Under the pieces are notes generated by a model that was given only the letters and a program-made list of their open reading frames with translations, had not been told where the DNA came from and did not search any database. From NCBI GenBank assembly GCA_000388065.2, contig KB932201.1: DNA of 48,260 nt. The stretch is one strand, 5' to 3'. Within the stretch, counting starts at the first letter, position 1. Every line of letters begins with the position of its first letter. Shown piece after piece: positions 12,273 through 24,626 of the stretch. Position numbers and translations under genes: made by a program. This DNA comes from Fonticula alba ATCC 38817. Taxonomy: Eukaryota > Protista > Nucleariida.

Positions 12273-15200
12273 CCCTCAATGGTCCGGATGTGGTCACCGC
12301 CCTCGTCAGCCTCATGGCCGACTATGTTCGGCTGCACCTCCTGCTGGCGCAGATCCCGGACCGTCGGCTGATTACCTTGATCTATGCCCGGGCCTTCCAG
12401 ATCACCCACCGGTCTGCCGAGCCGCAGTTCAACCGCGTGGCCGAGATGGTCGGCTGTGACACGCCCGTTGCCCGTGTCCAGGCCGATGCGCAGGTCCTGA
12501 GTGGCACCCTGGCCCTGGCCATCAAGCAGTACTCCGAGGGCATCTTCGACTGGCTGTCCCCGTCGGCCTTCCTTCGTTCGGAGGGTGTCTTCAACATGAT
12601 CCACCACCCGGCGCACATCAAGCGCCCGTCTGCCGAGGACGCGGTACGGCCTCCTCCTCCGTGCACCTTCTGATGGCTTTCCTTCCGCCGGCATTGCCCG
12701 CAACTGCACTTGCACGCCCGCGCGCATACTCACGTCTTTCCCTTCCCTTCCCTTCCCTTCCCTTCCATTGGGTGCCCCCTTGGCTTGTGCAGCGCCTGCG
12801 GACCCTCCGCAACTACCGCTTTGTGGCGGACAACGTTGCCTTTGCCATGCTGCTCACTCCGTCGGAGCTGGTCGCCGATCCGGCCCTCGGCGAGCTGCTC
12901 CGTTCGATCCTCGAGCACAACATCACCTTCGAGCTCTTCCGCTGCGAGGTGTGTTCCCTCTTCCGCGCCCCCCCGCCCCCTCGCGCCGTATCACATCCTG
13001 ACATTCCCGATTTGCCCGTTCTCCCTTTCTCCCCCTTCCGCCCAGAACATCCAACTTGCCTCCGAATATGAGCCCATCGTCCGGAAGATGTCTTCCAGCA
13101 ACCCGGCCAAGTCCGGCCTGAGCGACGCCATCAGCTCGGCAACCCAGCTGTCCAGCAGCTTCGTCAACACGGCCACCAGCTTCCGCCGGGACCGGCGCGA
13201 GTTCCTGCGCACGGCCCTCATCCAGACTTCCGGTCTGCTGGCCGACAAGCCGGGTCTCCTTGGGCCGAAGTTCTCCCAGGTGGTGTCGCTGCTGGGCCTG
13301 GCCCGGAATGAGATCCTCTGGTACATGCGCCACTTGGACTTCCTGGCGCACAACATCAAGAAGGGCAGCAAGACCGAGGACATGACCGACACCAACATCA
13401 CCGAGATCATGAGTTACACCGAAGGCCTCCGGCGCTTTATCCTGGACCACACGGACATCGTGTGCTCCTACTACCGGGAGTATCTGGCCGGGTACTTTGC
13501 GCACCGGCTCAAGGAGGTGGTTGCCGGGCTGACGGTTCCCCTGCCGTCGGTGGTGACCACGCAGCTGGGCAACTTCAAGACCACGCTGGCCAGCCTGGCC
13601 GGGCTTCAGGGGGATGCCCTGGAGGCGGCCATTGCCTCCATGCAGATGGATTGGCTGCGCATCCAGGTGTTCCTCTCGACCCCGGGGCAGTCGGCCATCG
13701 TCTCCTCGCTGGAGGAGCTGGTTCGTCTGCTGGCCGACGTCAATGCCCGCATGCGGTATGCCTCGCCGGCTGGGCTGGACAACTACCTGGGCTCGGTGTG
13801 CGGCCTGCACGAGCTCCTGCACCAGCAGCGTTCCCTCTGGGCCTCGCTGGAGATTTGCACCCGTTCGGTGGCCCAGTCCCGCCATGTGCGCGTGTATGTG
13901 GACATCATTCGGACCTTCCCGCGGACCGTGGTCCCGGGCCCGGGGTCCCTGGCTGACACGGCCTGGATTGGTGCTCGCACGGCCGAGCTCCTGGAGCGCG
14001 CCTACCACGATGTGTCCTCCCGTATCCAGAATGCCCTGGAGAGTGTGCTGAACGGCCATGTCCGCATGGCGATGCTGGTGCGCTTTCCTTCTTTCTTTCT
14101 GTCTCTCCCTCCACGCGCCCCCCCCCCCCCCCCCCCCCCCCCTCTCCCACTCTGCATATATTCTGCCTATTTTCCTCCCTCTCTCGCCTGACACACACAC
14201 GCACACACGCACACACGCACATGTACCCCGCGTCCCATGTCCGCCTCTTCCCCCCTTTCTCCCCCCACACGTAGACCATGCCCGATCGTGCGGCGCGTGT
14301 GCTCATTGCCAACACCGAGAAGAACCGCGACAGCAGCAAGGCCCCGGAGGAGCCCCTCCCGGGTGCCGAGTCTAACTTCCGCCTGGAGGGCGACCTGAAG
14401 CCGTGCGCATATATATATACATCTATTTTATACGCATGACCAGATGTCTGCATACGCCGCCCCTTTGGGGCTTTCTCTCCATCCCCATGAACATGGACTC
14501 ACATTTTCTTGTCGCCGACCCCCCCCCCCCCTCCCCCTCCTCCCGCTCCGGCTCCCCCTCTCCCCTGTGTGCCGCTCGAATCGCGTGCAGCCTCCACTCC
14601 CGGCAGTATGTGCTGCACCATCTGTGCTCGGCGTACCGGGACTTCGATGACATCACCGTCCATGATGTGACCATCTCCCCGCGGCAGTTCCTGGTGGACC
14701 TCTTCGGCCAGACCTTCCGCAACAATGTGCACAACCTGGTGGCCATCCCCCAGGTGACCGATGAGTCGCTCATCCCCCTGATCAACCGGCCCTCGCTGTT
14801 GATGACCCTTCTTGGGGCCATCATCGACGTGTTCCAGAGCCTGGAGCTGTATTCCGGTGTGCCGGTGGGCAAGCTGCTGGAGGCCGAGCTCCTGGCTCAA
14901 ACCGATCCCGAGGTGTCTCGGCGCCTGGCGGATGCCATCCCCGGCGGGGATTTCCGCAACCCCTTCGTCAGTGGCAAGTCCGCCTCGCAGAAGTTCCCCT
15001 CCGTCCTGGTGGGCAACGACACGTCTGCCAAGCATCCGCTCCTGTTTACCTATTCCACTTGGTATGTGGATGTGGTGCTTAATCGCCTGCTCCCCTCCGG
15101 TGCCATTTACTCCCCCTCGCGGCGGATGTTCCTCTCGAAGCCCGGGGCCGGCATTCGCCTGGAGCGCTACTTCGACTTCAACGGTGCGTGTGAGGCCCCC

Positions 15201-16863
15201 CCCCCCCCTCCCAATGGCTCCCGGGCCCTCTCATATCCCTTGCTCTTTTTTATTTTTCCGGATACTCCTTTCCCCCTTCTTCTTGCCTCTCGGTGCTTGT
15301 TCATGCATATGGCTCCCCCTTCGCTTGGGTGGCTGACTCGATTTGCCCCCCCCCCCCCCCCCGGATGTGCCCACCCGCCGCCTCTCTCCGCCGATCGCAG
15401 AGCTCGTCTCCCTGTGCACCATCATCGGCGCTGGCGGTGTCAGCCACATTGACCAGCGTCTCCTGCGGGTGGTGACCCAGCTGAGCCTCAGCATCAAGGA
15501 GTACATCTCGCGCAACCGCGACCCGCTGGAGCAGATCGCCAACTGGACCAACGTCGTGTCCCTGGCCGAGGCCACCCGGTCCTTCAAGAACCTGGACGAT
15601 ATCGCTGCCCGGGTGATGCAGATCGGCACCATCCTGGCCTTCCGCCAGCTGCTGCTGCGTGCTCTGCGCACTTCGCTGGCGCGTGATGCGCCGCATCTCT
15701 TCTCCTGTGTTCGCGAGGCCCACAGCCAGTACCCGGCCAACCTCTTCGGCATTCAGGGCTACCTGGCCATTGATATTCTGGCCAACGCCATGGGCATCGT
15801 TGACAATGTGGACATCCCCCTGCGCAATGCGCTGGACGGTCTGACTCGTGCGTGGATCCCTGTTTGCTTTCTCCCCCTCTCCCCCTCTCCCATCCCCGCT
15901 CCCGTTGTCTTGCTTAGTCCCATTGCCCACACTCTCGCCTTCCCCGCCCCCCCCCCCCCCCTCGCTCCCCTCTTCCCGTCAGAAACAACGCANNNNNNNN
16001 NNNNNNNNNNNNNNNNNNNNNNNNNNNNNNNNNNNNNNNNNNNNNNNNNNNNNNNNNNNNNNNNNNNNNNNNNNNNNNNNNNNNNNNNNNNNNNNNNNNN
16101 NNNNNNNNCACGCATGACTGTTCATCCAACTTGCTTACCATCCGCTCTTCCCATCCCTTGTCTTGTCCCCCTCCCCCCGCCCCGCCCCGCCCCGCCCCGC
16201 TCCATTTCTCCAGGCGACCATGCCCTCGACCATTCCATCTGGTCGCAACTGCCCAACCTCTTTGTTGCCCTGCTCCCCCTGTTCGCGGCGACTGCCTCGC
16301 TGTCGACCAGTGGTGCCGGTGCCTCGGCCGCCAGCAGCTCTTCCAGCGACCTGGGCGTGACTTCCTTCAACCCGTCGCTCAATGCCTTCGACAACAATGC
16401 CGGCTACCTGCCGCTGGTCCTGGCCAAGCTGCTGACGGCCACCGTGTCGCAGACTTCGGCCTCGGTGGCTGACCGTGAGACCGCCATTGCCCGGTCGCAC
16501 CTGGCCTTCGTGGAGACCTCGGCCGCGCTGCTGATGCACCTGGCCTCGGGGGCCGGCTCGCGGACTCTCATCTCCAGCCCGGAGGACCTGAACGTGCATG
16601 GCCAGCAGATTCCTGTGACCACTGGCTCCGGGGCCCCGTCCAAGACCGCGCGCGAGATCGATGTCATGTACATCCTCATCAGCCAGTTCGCCCAGCTGTC
16701 GACCTATGTCCCGGCGGATTATGTCGACGAGCATATCCCCTACGCGCTGGTGTCTTCGTCGGTGACCGAGTGCACGCGCCGCCAGCAGCGTCTCCTCCAG
16801 CAGTCTGTTGCTGGTGTGGGTGCCGGCAAGCGCGCCATCCGTGTTGGCGAGGAGGAGGTCTAA
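11687..16863 (+). CDS. NCKAP1: Nck-associated protein 1 (Nap1/Hem), WAVE regulatory complex subunit; exons 11687-12031, 12272-12643, 12793-12948, 13046-14077, 14275-14402, 14591-15183, 15401-15847, 16214-16863
   Basis: The spliced product aligns by recall with NCKAP1. Examples: MLRRFP, YVRLHLLLAQIPDRRLITLIYARAFQITHRSAEPQFNRVAEMV, LLGPKF, EILWYMRH, PLPGAES. All seven junctions keep frame. Confidence 0.88.
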
Positions 16864-16897
16864 TGGTGCTTGTGCATCATATCCTTCTCTTCCTCTT

Positions 16898-16940
16898 CTC
16901 GCCCTCTTCTCGCCCTCTTCTCGCCCTCTTCTCGCCCTCT
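16898..16940. repeat. 11-bp tandem repeat (CTCGCCCTCTT) x about 4, followed by a (CT)n tract, in the NCKAP1 3' region
   Basis: Read directly from the sequence. Confidence 0.9.
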
Positions 16941-17482
16941 CTCTCTCTCTCTCTCTCTCCCTCTCCCCCTCTCCCCCTTCGCCTTTCCTTTGCGTGCATG
17001 TACCAAAGGCCGGGAAGCAAGTGCCGGTAGGGGAGCGGGAGCGAGAGGGGGGGGGGCGGGGCGAGGAGGAGGCGGCATCGACGTCTGGCTGTGTTACCTC
17101 GCGAGATTTTGCAATTCCTCCCTTTTCCTCCTCCCCCGATGTTCGTGCTGGTCGTTGCCCGGCACGTGTGCCCTGTCCTCAATCCCTGTCCCCCGCGTCC
17201 CCAGGCTTCTTGTTCGCCCGGGGTTGGATCGCGCAAGGCGCCTCACTCCGTTTGCCTTTTGCCCCCCCCCCTCCCCCCCCTGCCCGGAGAGCAAGCACGG
17301 GCGGCAGGGGAGACCCGGTGTCGGATGAGCGGTCCTTCTTTTTCCTTCTTAAATATATTCCCACAAATCCCCCCCCCCCCCCCCCCCTACGCCTGCCCTC
17401 CTGTTGTTTGATCCTTTCTCCTCTTCAGCGCAAAGTAATCGGTCTATTGTTCTCGAGAGCGGGGGGACTCCTGGGATATTAC

Positions 17483-20458
17483 CTACCAGCGGCCTGGAGG
17501 TCCTCCGCCGGCACGACCATCCCGGTAGTGATTGTTGTGCTGAGGGCGATGGGCGGGGCCACCATGGGAGGGATGCCCACCGCTGGCGCCGCCGCCCCCG
17601 CGATGATAGTCATTGCTGTTGCCGTGGCCGCCATGGCTGTAGCTGTTGGTGTTGCCATGGCCGCTGTGATGATGATGACCACCACCACCACCGCCGCGGT
17701 GGAAGTCCCCACCACGGCCGCGGCCGCCGCCACGACCGCCACGCTCTCGGTAGCCGAGGCCGCGCCGCCGTGGGCCGTCGGCGCCAGCATTCAGGAAGGG
17801 CAGTAGCGCTTCCGGGACCGCGGGCTCCGGAGTGCCAGAGGCTCCCCCATCGGAGGGGGAATTGTGCGCCTGGAACCACCGGGCCAACTCGGTGGCAAAG
17901 CGCCCCTCACGCGAGGGAATCAGCAGGCTGATGGCCCGGCCAGCGCGCCCGGCCCGGCCGGTTCGGCCCACCCGATGTACGAAGGCATCCACGGCGGCCG
18001 CCGTGCCAGCACCACCTCCTGGAGCGTCGAACGACACGACCGCCGTCACACCGGGAATGTCCAACCCACGGGCGGCCACATCTGTGGCCACCAGCACCCG
18101 GCAGGGGGCCAATGTCCCGGAGGCAGAGCGAAGCCGGAAAGCCCGGATCGCGCGCTCGCGCTCGCCCTGCATCAAATCCCCATGTAGGGGCATGGACGCG
18201 TAGCCCGCATCGGCCAGTGACCGGTGGATGGTGTTGACGATGCCGACCCGCGAGCCGAAGACAATGACGCGCGGGTCTTTTTTTTTTTTTTTTCCCCCCC
18301 ACCCGCCCCCGGTGGTGCCATGCCGATGTCAGTCACCAAGCGTGCTCGCAAGCANNNNNNNNNNNNNNNNNNNNNNNNNNNNNNNNNNNNNNNNNNNNNN
18401 NNNNNNNNNNNNNNNNNNNNNNNNNNNNNNNNNNNNNNNNNCGCGACGGTCAATCAGGTTGAGCGTACCAAAATCCACGCCAGGCGGCTGGGATTGGTCC
18501 AGGGGCGCCTGCTGCGGCTGCCGCTGCTGCATGGCATACAGGTCCAGCGAGCTGGCCTCCGACATGAGGAACGGCATGAGCGTATGCAGGAAGTAGTCAA
18601 ACTTGGCCAGGTCCGAGTCGAAGCAAGCCACGCTATGCTTGATATCCGACGTGGAAAGGGCCATGCGGTCGGTTTCCGGGGCGTCGGCATTCAAGTCCAA
18701 AAACAAGCCATCCGTGCTGGGGGCCGCCAGGGCGCCGGCGGCACCGTCGGCCCCGGTGGCCGACACGGCCACATGCACCGCATCTGCTCCAACCAGATCC
18801 CGAACCAGGCGGGCCACATGCCGACCACCGGCCGTGGCCGACAGCAGGAGCATCTGCCGGTCCGGACGGGCGTGTTGACACACCGACCGGACCTGCGGCT
18901 CGAAGCCCAAATCCAGCATGCGATCCGCCTCGTCCAGGACAATGAGCGACACGTGCGCCAAGCCAAGGGCCTTCATGCGGACCATGTCAATCAGTCGCCC
19001 GGGGGTGGCCACAACCAGGGCAGGACGCAGCCGGCGCAGGGTGCGCAACTGGGCCAGCTTCTCCGCGCCACCATAGATGGCCACCGAGTGCAGGCCCATC
19101 GTGCCGGCCAGGCGCGCGGCCTCGGCCTGAATTTGGATGACCAACTCGCGTGTCGGGACCAGGATGATGCACCGGGGGTGCGACGTGCGGCCAGTATTGG
19201 CGGCGGCCTCGCTGAAGGCCAAGGTGGTGTCTTCGGAGTCGGAGTCGGAGTCGTCGCCCCCCGGGGGGGGCCCAGCACCGGTGCCCTTGGCCGACGCCGG
19301 GCCCAGCGGATTGGCCAGACAGTGAGCCACCGCCGGGGCCAGGTAGGCAATGGTCTTGCCGCTGCCAGTTTGTGCCAGGGCCACGACATCGCGCCCGGTC
19401 AGCGCACAGGGGATGGTGACCGCTTGCACGGGGCTCGGCCCGCCGGGGGCCGGGAAGCGCCGGTCCAGCTCCTGGCCAAGTGCCCCTGGCAGGACTTCGG
19501 CAAAGCGCGTAATCGGCATCGGCAGCCGGCCGGCCTCAATGTCCGGGGTCTGCCCGCGTGAAACGGCCGTCCGCATGTGGCACATGGCCCCGGCCGCTTC
19601 GACAGCCGCCTGGAAGAATGTCCGCCGGGAGGGAATGGGCCCGGTGCCCGGGCCAGCCGCGGCATCGGCGCCGGTCGAGGCGTCGGCCGCCTGCCGCAGG
19701 GTTGCATGGCCTTCAGGCAGCAACCGCCGGACCAGCGGGCTGAAGGCAAACCGACTGAAGTCCGGCGGCGGCGGCAAGGGCAAAACATCGCGCTTGCCAG
19801 GGCCGGGGGGCCCGCCGGTGGGCAGATCCTCCGGCGACTCGATGTCACACAGCCGATCGACATTGTCTGCCCGGCGAAGAGCCCCGCGCTCGGCGGCCAG
19901 CTCGCGCTCCAGCTCGCTGTCATCCTGCAGGAAGTCATTTGCCTGATCAGCGTGAGACCCGGTGCGGCGCTTCTTGGCTGCCGGGCCCGGGCCGCCGCTG
20001 CCCCCGCGGACCGACAGATCGTCCATCAATGTCCCGCGGGTGTTGGAAAAGGCCGAGGCCAAATTCGCGTCGTTGGCTTTCATGAAGGCATCCAACGGGT
20101 CCTCCTCCTCCTCGCTGTTGTTCGCGTCCGACCGGACATTCGTCGACTGGGGATCCCCCCCTTCCGGGGGGCCTCCCTCGCCGTCGGTGTCACTATCCAG
20201 GAGTGACCGGCCGCGCCGGGGCGGCAGCGGCGGCGGCTTGGAGGACGTGAGAGCGGCCTCATTTTGCCTCATGAACGCATCCAGAGGGTCTTCCTCCGGC
20301 ACATCGGCCTCCGCATCGCCGGCATTGGCCGCATCAGCAGGCGGCCCGCTGGCGCCGGCGTCCAGCCCGAAGAGGGTGTCACCGGCCCCGGCATGGTGGT
20401 CGCTATCGTCATCGTCGGAGTCCGATCCGAAGGCCGAGAGGCGCCGAGCGGGAGGCAT
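17483..20458 (-). CDS. DDX42: DEAD-box RNA helicase, DDX42 (SF3b125)/Prp5-related; exons 20458-18442, 18276-17483 (intron partly in a gap)
   Basis: Q motif PSPVQ, AQTGSGKT, PTRELV, YGG, TPGRL, DEAD, SAT, VIVF, LHGD, ATDVAARGLD and HRVGRTGRAG. N-terminal EEDPLDAFM motifs. Phase-1 junction DRR-D-PRVIVF. DDX42 versus DDX46 assignment is moderate. Confidence 0.8.
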
Positions 20459-20983
20459 GGGGGCGTTTTTCTAGGCGAGAGGGGGGCGGGGAGAGGGGGG
20501 AGGGGGAAGGGCGCGTGCGCGTTCGCGCATCGCTGGTCAGCTGCCAAGCGGCATCGTTGCGTGTGGGCGTGCGCTCGTGAACGCGTACAAGGAAGTGGCA
20601 GAGGGGGAGCCCTGCGGAGAAAAGGGGGGAGCGCGCGTGTGTGTGTGTGTGTGTATGTGTGTATGTGTGTATGTATGCGCGCGCACGCGCGTGAATATCG
20701 GAGTGGAGGCGGGCGGGCAACAGGAGAGAATGAGGGAAGAGGGCGTGAAGGAGGCACTACAGAGCAGCCATCCACGGACATATGCGCCCGATAAGGGCCC
20801 CCACTTTTCCCCCTTCCGGTGGGGCGGGCTCACATCCGACTGGAGCCCGGCGGGGGCCTGAGGAGCATCTCCCATCTCTGACACGGTGTGAATAATCTAT
20901 GCCGCCGCCGCCGCCGCCGCCGCCACCCGGGCCCGCCTGCTGTCCGTCCACCGTGCTCGTCGGGCGCGCAGCAGGAGGACTAG

Positions 20984-21028
<45 letters not shown>

Positions 21029-21496
21029 GGGGGGGGGGGCATTAGGAGCAAACTGGGGAAAACTCGTGTTCCACCCTTTCTTGGGGCGCTCCCCTTCCCT
21101 GGCCGCCCTCCGCTGGGAGCTGAGCGTCGCCCGAAGCGCTGGCACCTCCCATTATCTCGGTTGCTGCCAGAGCAGCTGCCCCCGGAGCCCGCCCGGTTCT
21201 GGCTGGTGTTCTGGTGCACGCCCGGTGCGCCATGTGCCGCGTGTTTAGACCGGCCGTTCTCAACCATCCCCGGCCCTTCGCCCGGGGTGTGGCGGGCCCG
21301 ATGGTTGGCGTGTTAGATCGTGCCGTCGGCCCGGGCGCGCCAGTCCAAGGCGGACCCCTGGTGGGTGCTCGTTGTGGGGGGTCTCAGCCCCGCGCACACT
21401 CCCCCCCCCCCCCGCCCTCCCTCCTGCCTTCCCTCCTGCCCTCTCTGCCGGTCCTTCCTCGAAGCCTCCCTTCGTCCTCTTCTCGCCACAATCAAG

Positions 21497-21667
21497 ATGC
21501 TGCCCGCACTGCCGCGGCTCTTCCCCAAGGTTGCGCTTGTGCGCGACTTTGACCGGTCCCTCTTCCAGACTACCTTCACCACCCCCGCGCTGCGGGTGGC
21601 CGCCAACCAATGTGGCCGCTTCCTGAAAGAGATGTCCGGGTATGTGTTCTTCCTGGTCCTTTTGCCA

Positions 21668-21698
<31 letters not shown>

Positions 21699-22626
21699 CC
21701 CTCCCCCCCCCCCCCCTCCCCCCGCCCCCCCTCCACCCTCCCCCCCCCCCTCCTCCTCCCTACCCGTCGGTATCTCCTGCTTGGCCCCCCCCCCCTGCGC
21801 TGCTAGGATGCTTCTCTCCGCGCCGCGGATCAAGCCCATCATGCCAGTGCCCGACTCGGTGGACCAGGTGTCTGAGGAGGCCAAGAAGTCCCTGCGCATG
21901 CTGCTCCTGAAGCCGGGTGTCCGTCGGGAGGATCTGCCCGCCGGACTCCTCACCGAGGAGGAGGGAAGCAGTGCCTGTGCCTGGATCGAGGACTTCCAGC
22001 TGTGCCTGGATTACAACTACTGGACTGTGGACCAGATCTTTGACTCGGCTCTGCCAGATGGCCTGCCGAATGTGTCCGGTTTTGAGACCATCGGGCACAT
22101 CGGTATGCTTCCCCCCCCCCCCCCCATGTGCCCCCTCCCCCTTGCTCTCGGAATGTCCGCGATGTTGACCTTTCACGCCTTCTCTCCTCCCCCCCTCGGG
22201 CAATGTCAACCCGCCGCCTGGCAGCCCATTTGAACCTTCGTGACCCGCACCTGCCGTACCGGGAGTTCATCGGCCAAGTGATCCTCGATGTGTGTCTCGC
22301 TTCCGATCTCGCCCCCCCCCCCCTCCCTCTCCCTCTCTGTCTTACCTGTTGCTGGCCACCTGTCATCTGTAAGACTGCGATACTGACGCTCCCTCCATTT
22401 TCCAAAGAAAAACTGCCACAACATTTCGACCGTGGTCAACAAGATCGACACAATTGAGCATCAATTCCGCTTCTTCAAGATGGAGGTGCTGGCCGGCAAG
22501 GATGACCTGAATGCTGTCGTGGTGCGTGTCGGCGTGTTTTCGCTTTTCCTGCCTCTCAGGCCATCGAGGGAGGGCAGGGAGGGTGTATGTGTGTGTGTGT
22601 GTATGTGTGTGTGTGTGTATGTGTGT

Positions 22627-22666
<40 letters not shown>

Positions 22667-23532
22667 ACACATATGTGCCGGGCTGGTGTTCGTGCCGCGC
22701 ATGTGTCGGTTCTAACCCTGGCCACCTGCTCCAGCGTGAGAATGGTTGTACCTTCAAGTTCGACTTCAGCCGGGTGTACTGGAACTCGAAGCTGCACCGG
22801 GAGCACGAGCGCCTGCAGCTGTGCTTCGACCGCGGCGACACGGTTATTGATGTGATGGCCGGCGTCGGGCCCTTCGCCGTGCCGGCCGCCGCGCACCGCC
22901 ATGTGAACCTCGTCCTGGCCAATGACCTGAACCCTTCGAGCCACGAGTTCCTGGTGGAAAACATTCGCCGGAACAATGTGCGTTTTGTGACCGGGACCCT
23001 TCTTTTGTGCCCCTCTCCCCGGCTCCCCCCTTTTCGCCATGGACCGCTTGTTGTTCTGTCCTCGATCTGTGTGCTAATGGCCCGTCAAATTGGTCTGCAT
23101 CGTAGGTTGGCAAATATGTCACCCCCTACAATCTGGACGGCCGGGAGATGATTCGCCGAGGGCTGGCCGAGGCTCGCGCCCTCAAGGCCCGGCGCTTGGC
23201 CGACACTGGCAGTGTGGTGGCCTCGCGGCCGGCCGTCCGTCTGACCCAGTCGACTCCCTTCATCACTCGCTTCGGCCTGGACCACAAGGCCCCGGTGGTT
23301 CCGTCGCCTCGGGTGGTGGACCACTTCGTGATGAACCTGCCGGCGATCGCCATCGAGTTCCTGGGTGCGTTTTTTCTCCTCCCCCTTGATCCTTCGCGCC
23401 GCAGACTCTCCCTCCCTCTCTCCCTCGCCACGCCGGCATCTGTATATCCTCCTCTGCTCGATGCTGATCATGATTTTTTTCCCTTTCGGCACCCCCTCGT
23501 GGGCCTATTTTTCCTCTTCTATCGGATTGCCA

Positions 23533-23569
<37 letters not shown>

Positions 23570-24220
23570 TCACCATGGCTCGGAACAACGACAGACGCCT
23601 TTGTCGGCCTCTACCGCGCGGAGTATCCGGAGCTGGCTGAGCAGCTGGACCAAGACCCGGACATGGGGTCGCCGGCCACGGCGGCCGCGCTGGCGGCCAT
23701 CGCCGACCAGATGCCCATGATCCATGTGCACTGCTTTGAGTTCATCCACGATGGCGAGGTGGCCGCGGCCAAGGCCGTGGCCGGGCGCGTGGGCACGGTT
23801 CTCGGCGCGTCGATGACCCTGGCCCCCTCGTCGACCCTGAATCTGGTGGTGGCCGACCGGAACTGGTTCCTGCAGGAGGCCCCGGCCGGGGCGGCGGCGT
23901 CGGCCACCCCGCCCGCCCCGCGCGGCAATGCCGCCAAGATGCCAGACCACCTGGCGGTGCCCGGGTCTCCGGGGACCGACCTGCCGCGCCCGGCCGTCGG
24001 CACGGTGCACGTGCACAACGTCCGCAGCGTGGCCCCCAACAAGGACATGTACTGCGCGTCGTTTGTCCTGCCGCCAGCCGTGGCCCTGCGCCAGCCGGCC
24101 GGTCCCGAGGTGGATGCCGCGGCTCCGGTCGCCGGCAAGCGCCCCCACCCGGATGCCGAGTCCGGCGAGCCGGCCAGCAGCAAGAAGCACCAGGCCGACG
24201 TGGTCACCAAGCCGGAGTAG
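21497..24220 (+). CDS. TRM5: tRNA (guanine-37-N1)-methyltransferase TRM5; 7 exons
   Basis: SGFETIGHIAHLNLR, VVNK, FRFFKMEVLAG, ENGCTFKFDFSRVYWNSKL, DVMAGVGPFAVPAA, ANDLNP, VMNLP, IHVHCF, VRSVAPNKDMYCASF. All six introns keep frame. Confidence 0.95.
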
Positions 24221-24626
24221 ACTGGTCCTTCGCCCCCCTTTGCCTCCTGTTGTCGCAACGCCCCGCTTCCCTTTCCCCGTCCTTGTGAATGCCAGCCTGC
24301 ATATTCCTTTTCACTTGATCCCATCCCTGGCACATGTCGTGGTTGCCGCGCCGAGGCAGACGGGGTCGGTGGACAGGGCCCCGGCAGTGCGAGGCAGCGG
24401 TAGCCAGATCTATTGGAGCTCGGGTTGGTGCGGCAGTGGCAGCGGAGTGTGAGCATGGTCGGTGTGGGCAAATAGGTTGGGGAGGGGGGGGGGAGGAAAA
24501 GGGAGGAGAAGGAGAGTGAATAGGGCAAGCCGGCAGTCAACAACACTGGCCCTCCCGGCCCTGCCCTCAAGGAGGCGAGGTCTGACACGGCGCAGCTTGA
24601 TCGGGTTGTCGGGCCCTTGCTTCCCC

